This document shows, in pieces, positions 59,575 to 64,000 of a stretch of 64,000 nucleotides of DNA (positions are counted from its first letter, which is position 1; each line of letters begins with the position of its first letter). The stretch covers positions 21,758 through 85,757 of the forward strand of contig JAVKGA010000004.1 of the NCBI GenBank assembly GCA_040223555.1. The letters run 5' to 3'. Made by a program: the position numbers and the translations under genes. The notes beneath the pieces were generated by a model that saw only the letters and a program-made list of their open reading frames with translations, was not told the DNA's origin and ran no database searches. The stretch comes from Hyphomonas sp. (lineage in GTDB: Bacteria; Pseudomonadota; Alphaproteobacteria; Caulobacterales; Hyphomonadaceae).

Positions 59575-60201
59575 ATGGAAAACCTCATCGCCTCGCCCGT
59601 GACGATGGGCCTTCTCGCGCTCAACGTGGCCGCCAGCCTGATTGCCTTCAGCAATCCGGCTTTCATGTCGCAGAATGTTCTCTGGGTCCGCCCGATGCGC
59701 GAGAACGGCGAATGGTACCGGGCGCTCAGCTCCGGCTTCCTGCACGTCAACGGCCCGCACCTTTTGCTGAACATGTACGGCCTCTTTCTGTTCGGTCCGA
59801 TCTGCGAATACGTCCTCGGCGGCCTCGGCTTCGCCATCGTGTATTTCGCCTCGCTGGTGGGCGGCAGTCTCTGGGCCTACCTGCACAACCTGAACTCGCC
59901 GGACTACCGCGCGGCGGGTGCATCGGGCGCCCTGTCCGGCATGATCCTCGCCTTCTGCCTGTTCCAGCCCTTTGCCGTGCTGCTCGCCTTCTTCGTGATC
60001 CCGATGTGGGGCATCGTGTTCGGCATCGTCTACATCGCGCTCAGCTATGCCTTCGCCATGCGCGCTGACCGGATCATCGGCCATGAAGCCCACCTTGGCG
60101 GCGCGGTCGCAGGCATCATCGCAACACTGGTTGTGCGCCCGGAAACCTGGAGCGAGTTTGCCGCGAAGGTCGCCGAAAAAGCCTCGATGTATCTGGGTTG
60201 A
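59575..60201 (+). CDS. Rhomboid intramembrane protease
   Basis: EWYRALSSGFLH, HLLLNM, GASG, HEAHLGG. Confidence 0.92.
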   Translation: MENLIASPVTMGLLALNVAASLIAFSNPAFMSQNVLWVRPMRENGEWYRALSSGFLHVNGPHLLLNMYGLFLFGPICEYVLGGLGFAIVYFASLVGGSLWAYLHNLNSPDYRAAGASGALSGMILAFCLFQPFAVLLAFFVIPMWGIVFGIVYIALSYAFAMRADRIIGHEAHLGGAVAGIIATLVVRPETWSEFAAKVAEKASMYLG

Positions 60202-60208
60202 GGCGGTG

Positions 60209-61363
60209 ATGGGCGGGGTACGGGCGCGATATGACGAACGGATCACGTCCGGCACCCTGACGGAGGATCCGGCGCAGGCCGAAGCGGCAGACCGGCTCGA
60301 CGCGCTGGCCGCGGCCCTTGCTGTTCCGCAGAAGCGCCGCCTGTTCCGCAAGCCGCCGCCGCCCGTGCGCGGGCTCTATCTCTGGGGCGGCGTCGGGCGC
60401 GGCAAGTCCATGCTGATGGACATGTTCTTCGCGCGTGTGGATGTGACGCCCAAGCGGCGCGTGCACTTTCACGAATTCATGGCCGAGGTGCACGAGCGTC
60501 TCGATGTCTGGCGCAAGATGAGCGATGCCGACCGCAAACGCTCGCCCTGGCATGTCAAAGGCGCGGGCGACGATCCGATTGCACCGGTCGCCAGACAGGT
60601 CGCCAGCGAAGCCCGCCTGCTCTGCTTTGACGAGTTCCAGGTCACGCAGATTGCGGATGCGATGATCCTCGGCCGGCTCTTCGATGCCGTGTTCGGATAC
60701 GGCGTCACGATGGTCGCCACCTCCAACCGCCATCCGGACAATCTGTACAAGGATGGCATCAACCGGCAACTTTTCCTGCCCTTCATCGCGCACCTGAAAG
60801 AACGCTGCGACGTGTTCGAGCTGGCATCGGCGCGCGATTACCGGCTGGACCGTCTAGTCGAGGCCCCGGTCTGGTATGCGCCGCTCGATGCAGGCAGCGC
60901 GGTGGCGCTGGACCTCGCCTGGGACCGGCTGACCCTTGGCGCCGAGCCGCAGCACTGCCTGCTGACCGTCAAGGGCCGCAAGCTGCGCGTTGACCGGGAA
61001 GCCGCTGGCGTCGCGCGCTTCACCTTCGAGGAACTCTGCGCCCGCCCGCTCGGCTCGATCGACTATCTGACCATCGCGGCGACCTTCCACACAGTCATCC
61101 TGGAAGGCATCCCCCTGCTCACCCCCGACCGGCGCAATGAAGCGGCACGTTTCGTCAGCCTGATCGATGCGCTGTATGAGGCGAAGGTGAAACTGGTGGC
61201 GAGCGCGGCCGCAGAGCCTGACAGGCTCTATCCGGACGGCGAAGGCGCCTTCGAATTCCAGCGCACGGCCAGCCGGCTTCATGAAATGCGGTCGGCGTCC
61301 TACATGGCTGCGGAACGCCGCGACGTCGACGCAGCCACCCTGCCCGGCGATCAGTCTGCCTGA
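60209..61363 (+). CDS. zapE: Cell division ATPase ZapE (AFG1 family)
   Basis: GLYLWGGVGRGKS, LLCFDEF, TSNRHP, FEFQRTASRLHEM. Confidence 0.93.
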   Translation: MGGVRARYDERITSGTLTEDPAQAEAADRLDALAAALAVPQKRRLFRKPPPPVRGLYLWGGVGRGKSMLMDMFFARVDVTPKRRVHFHEFMAEVHERLDVWRKMSDADRKRSPWHVKGAGDDPIAPVARQVASEARLLCFDEFQVTQIADAMILGRLFDAVFGYGVTMVATSNRHPDNLYKDGINRQLFLPFIAHLKERCDVFELASARDYRLDRLVEAPVWYAPLDAGSAVALDLAWDRLTLGAEPQHCLLTVKGRKLRVDREAAGVARFTFEELCARPLGSIDYLTIAATFHTVILEGIPLLTPDRRNEAARFVSLIDALYEAKVKLVASAAAEPDRLYPDGEGAFEFQRTASRLHEMRSASYMAAERRDVDAATLPGDQSA

Positions 61364-62397
61364 AGAACGTCCCAGCCAAGGTCTTCCGACAGCACACGGA
61401 TTACCTCACGCGCCATCAGGGCCTGCGTATCGAGGCCCGGATGCGAGTGGCACCCCCGCACGCGCCCCGAGGGGCTGAGCGTGAAATGGATACGCCCAGT
61501 GTCTACGCCGCTCGCGGATAGCGCGTCCTCAATGGCCTTGTCCTGCAGGGCCTGCGCCTCCGGCTGTAGCATCGGGCCGGTCACGGCATAGATGCGCGCG
61601 CCGGGATAGGTTTCGGAGAGCTGCGTCAGGAGATTTGCATACGCCTCCGCATAGGCAGGGCCCGGATCGGCCGTGCTGAAGTCGTTCGTGCCGAGCGCGA
61701 TCAGCACCGCATCCGGCTGGAACAGGCCCGCATCCCAGGGCGCGCCTTCCGGCGTCATCCAGGCCCACATCTCGCGGAACACCGCCCCCTCTCCGCCATC
61801 CCAATTGCGCACGATCCCCCGGCCAGACACCGCGACAGCGTGTACCTCCGCCTCAAAGGCGCCCCCCAGCGCCGCCGCATAGGTTTCGCCATAATCCTCC
61901 GTATCCGGACTATAGCCGCAACGCTCGTTCTCACCGAGCACGCCGTAGCCAACCGTGATCGAGTCTCCGAAGATCAGCACCTTGCGCAGCCGCGTAGGCG
62001 TGGGCGCGATCTCGCCGCCGCGGAATGCTGTGAACGTGACGGCGCCCGTCTGCGGCCCCGTGCGGCGCGTCACGCTGACGTCCACAAGGACCGCCCCGGC
62101 GTCCTCAACCAGCGTATAGGTGTGCTGGCCCTCTTTCAGCTGCAGCGCGCGCCGCACACCGTCCACCGTGACATTCAGCCAGGAGTCTCCCGTTTCCGCC
62201 TCTATGTCTGCTTCCAGATGGTCACCGGTAAACATCCAGCGGGCGCCGCTGCCCGGCCAATGCACCGTCAGGCTGCCATCGCCGGCAAAGACCGCCCTGC
62301 CTTCGATGGCCACGGCCCCTGCCGGACGCACGTCCCGGCCTGCCGTCTGGCAGGCCACGCAGAGCGCAAGGCACAGGAACTGGAGAAACCGGATCAT
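61351..62397 (-). CDS. SGNH/GDSL hydrolase lipoprotein (CE2-like)
   Basis: VAC lipobox, FGDSITVGYG, LGTNDF, HSHP. Confidence 0.88.
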   Translation of the reverse strand: MIRFLQFLCLALCVACQTAGRDVRPAGAVAIEGRAVFAGDGSLTVHWPGSGARWMFTGDHLEADIEAETGDSWLNVTVDGVRRALQLKEGQHTYTLVEDAGAVLVDVSVTRRTGPQTGAVTFTAFRGGEIAPTPTRLRKVLIFGDSITVGYGVLGENERCGYSPDTEDYGETYAAALGGAFEAEVHAVAVSGRGIVRNWDGGEGAVFREMWAWMTPEGAPWDAGLFQPDAVLIALGTNDFSTADPGPAYAEAYANLLTQLSETYPGARIYAVTGPMLQPEAQALQDKAIEDALSASGVDTGRIHFTLSPSGRVRGCHSHPGLDTQALMAREVIRVLSEDLGWDVLQAD

Positions 62398-62740
62398 TCG
62401 TGCCGCCACCTGAAAACATTCGTGTGAGCGCCAACAGACCGCGCGGCGCACGGTTCTGCAAGCCCGGCCTTGCGACGCCGCGTCCCGCGCCTACATCTGC
62501 CCCAGACAGCGCCGGTCCTCCTCCCCGGCTCGCCAATATTTTCGGGCCCGCGCGAAATCCCGCGCCGGGCCCTCTTCCACACCCCTGCCTCAATTCCTAT
62601 TTATGCAGGTACGCGATGAGTGAATTGCGCGGACCCGGCGGCGACGTTGCTGCCATGCAGGACTAAGGTGCCCGGGTAGTTCCAGAATTAGGAGGTGGGC
62701 CGCCGAGAGTCGGGACCTGCCCCGAACAGGAGGACGAATA

Positions 62741-63640
62741 ATGGCGAATGCGCCAACAAAAGCAGGTTCTGTGGCTCTCAGTCCAGAACAGGGACTTAGC
62801 CGGTATCTCAGCGAGATCCGCAAGTTCCCGATGCTCGAGAAAAACGAGGAATTCATGCTGGCCCGCCAATGGCGCGACCAGGAAGACACCGAGGCTGCCG
62901 AGCGGATGGTCACCTCCCACCTTCGCCTCGTCGCGAAGATCGCCATGGGCTATCGCGGCTATGGCCTGCCGATGGCCGAAGTGATCTCCGAGGGCAATGT
63001 CGGCCTGATGCAGGCCGTCAAGAAGTTCGACCCCGAGAAGGGCTTCCGTCTCGCGACCTATGCGATGTGGTGGATCCGCGCCGCCATCCAGGAATATATC
63101 CTGCGCAGCTGGAGCCTCGTGAAACTCGGCACCACCGCCGCGCAGAAGAAGCTGTTCTTCAACCTGCGCCGCCTCAAAGGCGAGATGAAAGCCCTGGACG
63201 AAGGCGACCTTCGCCCCGAACAGGCGCAACTGATCGCCGAAAAACTCAACGTCACCGAAGCCGAAGTCTATTCGATGAACGGGCGCATGTCCGGCTCGGA
63301 CGCCTCGCTGAACGTGCCGATGGGCCAGGACGGCGACATGGAATGGCAGGACTGGCTGGCCGACGACGAGCCCGGCACCGCCGAGACCTTCGCCAACCGT
63401 CAGGAACTCGACTCGCGCATGGACCTGCTCACCCGCGCTATGGAAGACCTGTCCGAACGTGAGCGTCACATCCTCACAGAGCGCCGCCTGATCGACGAGC
63501 CGAAGACGCTGGAAGAACTCTCCGACCAGTACAGCGTCAGCCGCGAACGCATCCGCCAGATCGAAGTCCGCGCCTTCGAGAAACTCCAGAAGGCGATGAA
63601 ACGCATGGCCAAGGAACAGGGCATGCCGGTTGGCGACTGA
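62741..63640 (+). CDS. rpoH: RNA polymerase sigma-32 factor
   Basis: RpoH box QKKLFFNLRR, SHLRLVAKIAMGYRGYGLP, VSRERIRQIE. Confidence 0.97.
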   Translation: MANAPTKAGSVALSPEQGLSRYLSEIRKFPMLEKNEEFMLARQWRDQEDTEAAERMVTSHLRLVAKIAMGYRGYGLPMAEVISEGNVGLMQAVKKFDPEKGFRLATYAMWWIRAAIQEYILRSWSLVKLGTTAAQKKLFFNLRRLKGEMKALDEGDLRPEQAQLIAEKLNVTEAEVYSMNGRMSGSDASLNVPMGQDGDMEWQDWLADDEPGTAETFANRQELDSRMDLLTRAMEDLSERERHILTERRLIDEPKTLEELSDQYSVSRERIRQIEVRAFEKLQKAMKRMAKEQGMPVGD

Positions 63641-64000
63641 TCGCCTGAACCTCATTCCGATAACCGAAAGCCGCGATCCCAGGGTCGCGGCTTTTGCGTC
63701 TATCCGCGAGCGCGACCTCACGAACGGCCATGGCGGACGTTTCATCGTCGAGGGCAAGGTGACGCTGGAGACACTGCTGACGCGCGGGCGTTTCGAGATC
63801 GAGAGCCTGTTCCTATGCGAAACGCGGCTGGCACCGTTGGCAAACCTGCTCTCAAAAGTGCCGGCGAGCGTGCCGGTCTATGTCGCGCCGCAAGGCGTGA
63901 TGGACGAGGTCGCCGGCTTCCCGATGCACCGCGGCGTGCTCGCCTGCGGCCGGAAAGGCGCGCCGCTCTCCTCGAAAGATATTCTGCCTGCGGACGGTCC
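63630..64000 (+). CDS. TrmH/SpoU-family RNA methyltransferase, partial (runs off the right edge)
   Basis: Translated by hand from TTG 63630: IPITESRDPRVAAFASIRERDL...RFIVEG...AGFPMHRGVLACG. Confidence 0.8.
   Translation, partial: MATDRLNLIPITESRDPRVAAFASIRERDLTNGHGGRFIVEGKVTLETLLTRGRFEIESLFLCETRLAPLANLLSKVPASVPVYVAPQGVMDEVAGFPMHRGVLACGRKGAPLSSKDILPADG
63667..63695 (+). terminator. rpoH terminator hairpin
   Basis: AAAGCCGCGATC...GGTCGCGGCTTTT. Confidence 0.75.

Overview
GC-rich alphaproteobacterial chromosome segment; the housekeeping half looks Hyphomonadaceae/Caulobacterales-like (from recalled similarity, not a database search). Positions 1 to ~35,500 are the right-hand part of an anoxygenic photosynthesis gene cluster (PGC): bchFNBH (bchH runs off the left edge), aerR/ppaA-ppsR, bchG-pucC-like-bchP-tspO, crtEF-bchCXYZ-pufQBALM, a rearranged crtC/crtB/crtD/crtI block, and idi-cycA-bchIDO-DUF3422-crtI. 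PpsR-type palindromes sit at nearly every PGC promoter. No pufC or pufX follows pufM, and no crtA or pucBA is seen in this window. Positions ~35,500-64,000 are core genome: djlA-like co-chaperone, a BacNav-type channel, mtnP, petABC, hemF, an AbrB-Doc toxin-antitoxin pair, a second tspO, cca, a MoxR/DUF58/BatA operon, ampG, zapE, rpoH and a partial TrmH gene. The best leads: an unannotated 49-aa Trp-rich membrane peptide coupled to crtB; a DUF3422 protein with CorA-like topology inside the Mg-chelatase operon; a lipid-tethered cytochrome c2; a duplicated 116-bp element just downstream of pufM; apparently leaderless PpsR-controlled transcripts; a BacNav with a TMDGW filter; and unusual Qo-site residues in cytochrome b. 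No tRNA, rRNA, CRISPR array, integrase or transposase was recognised.
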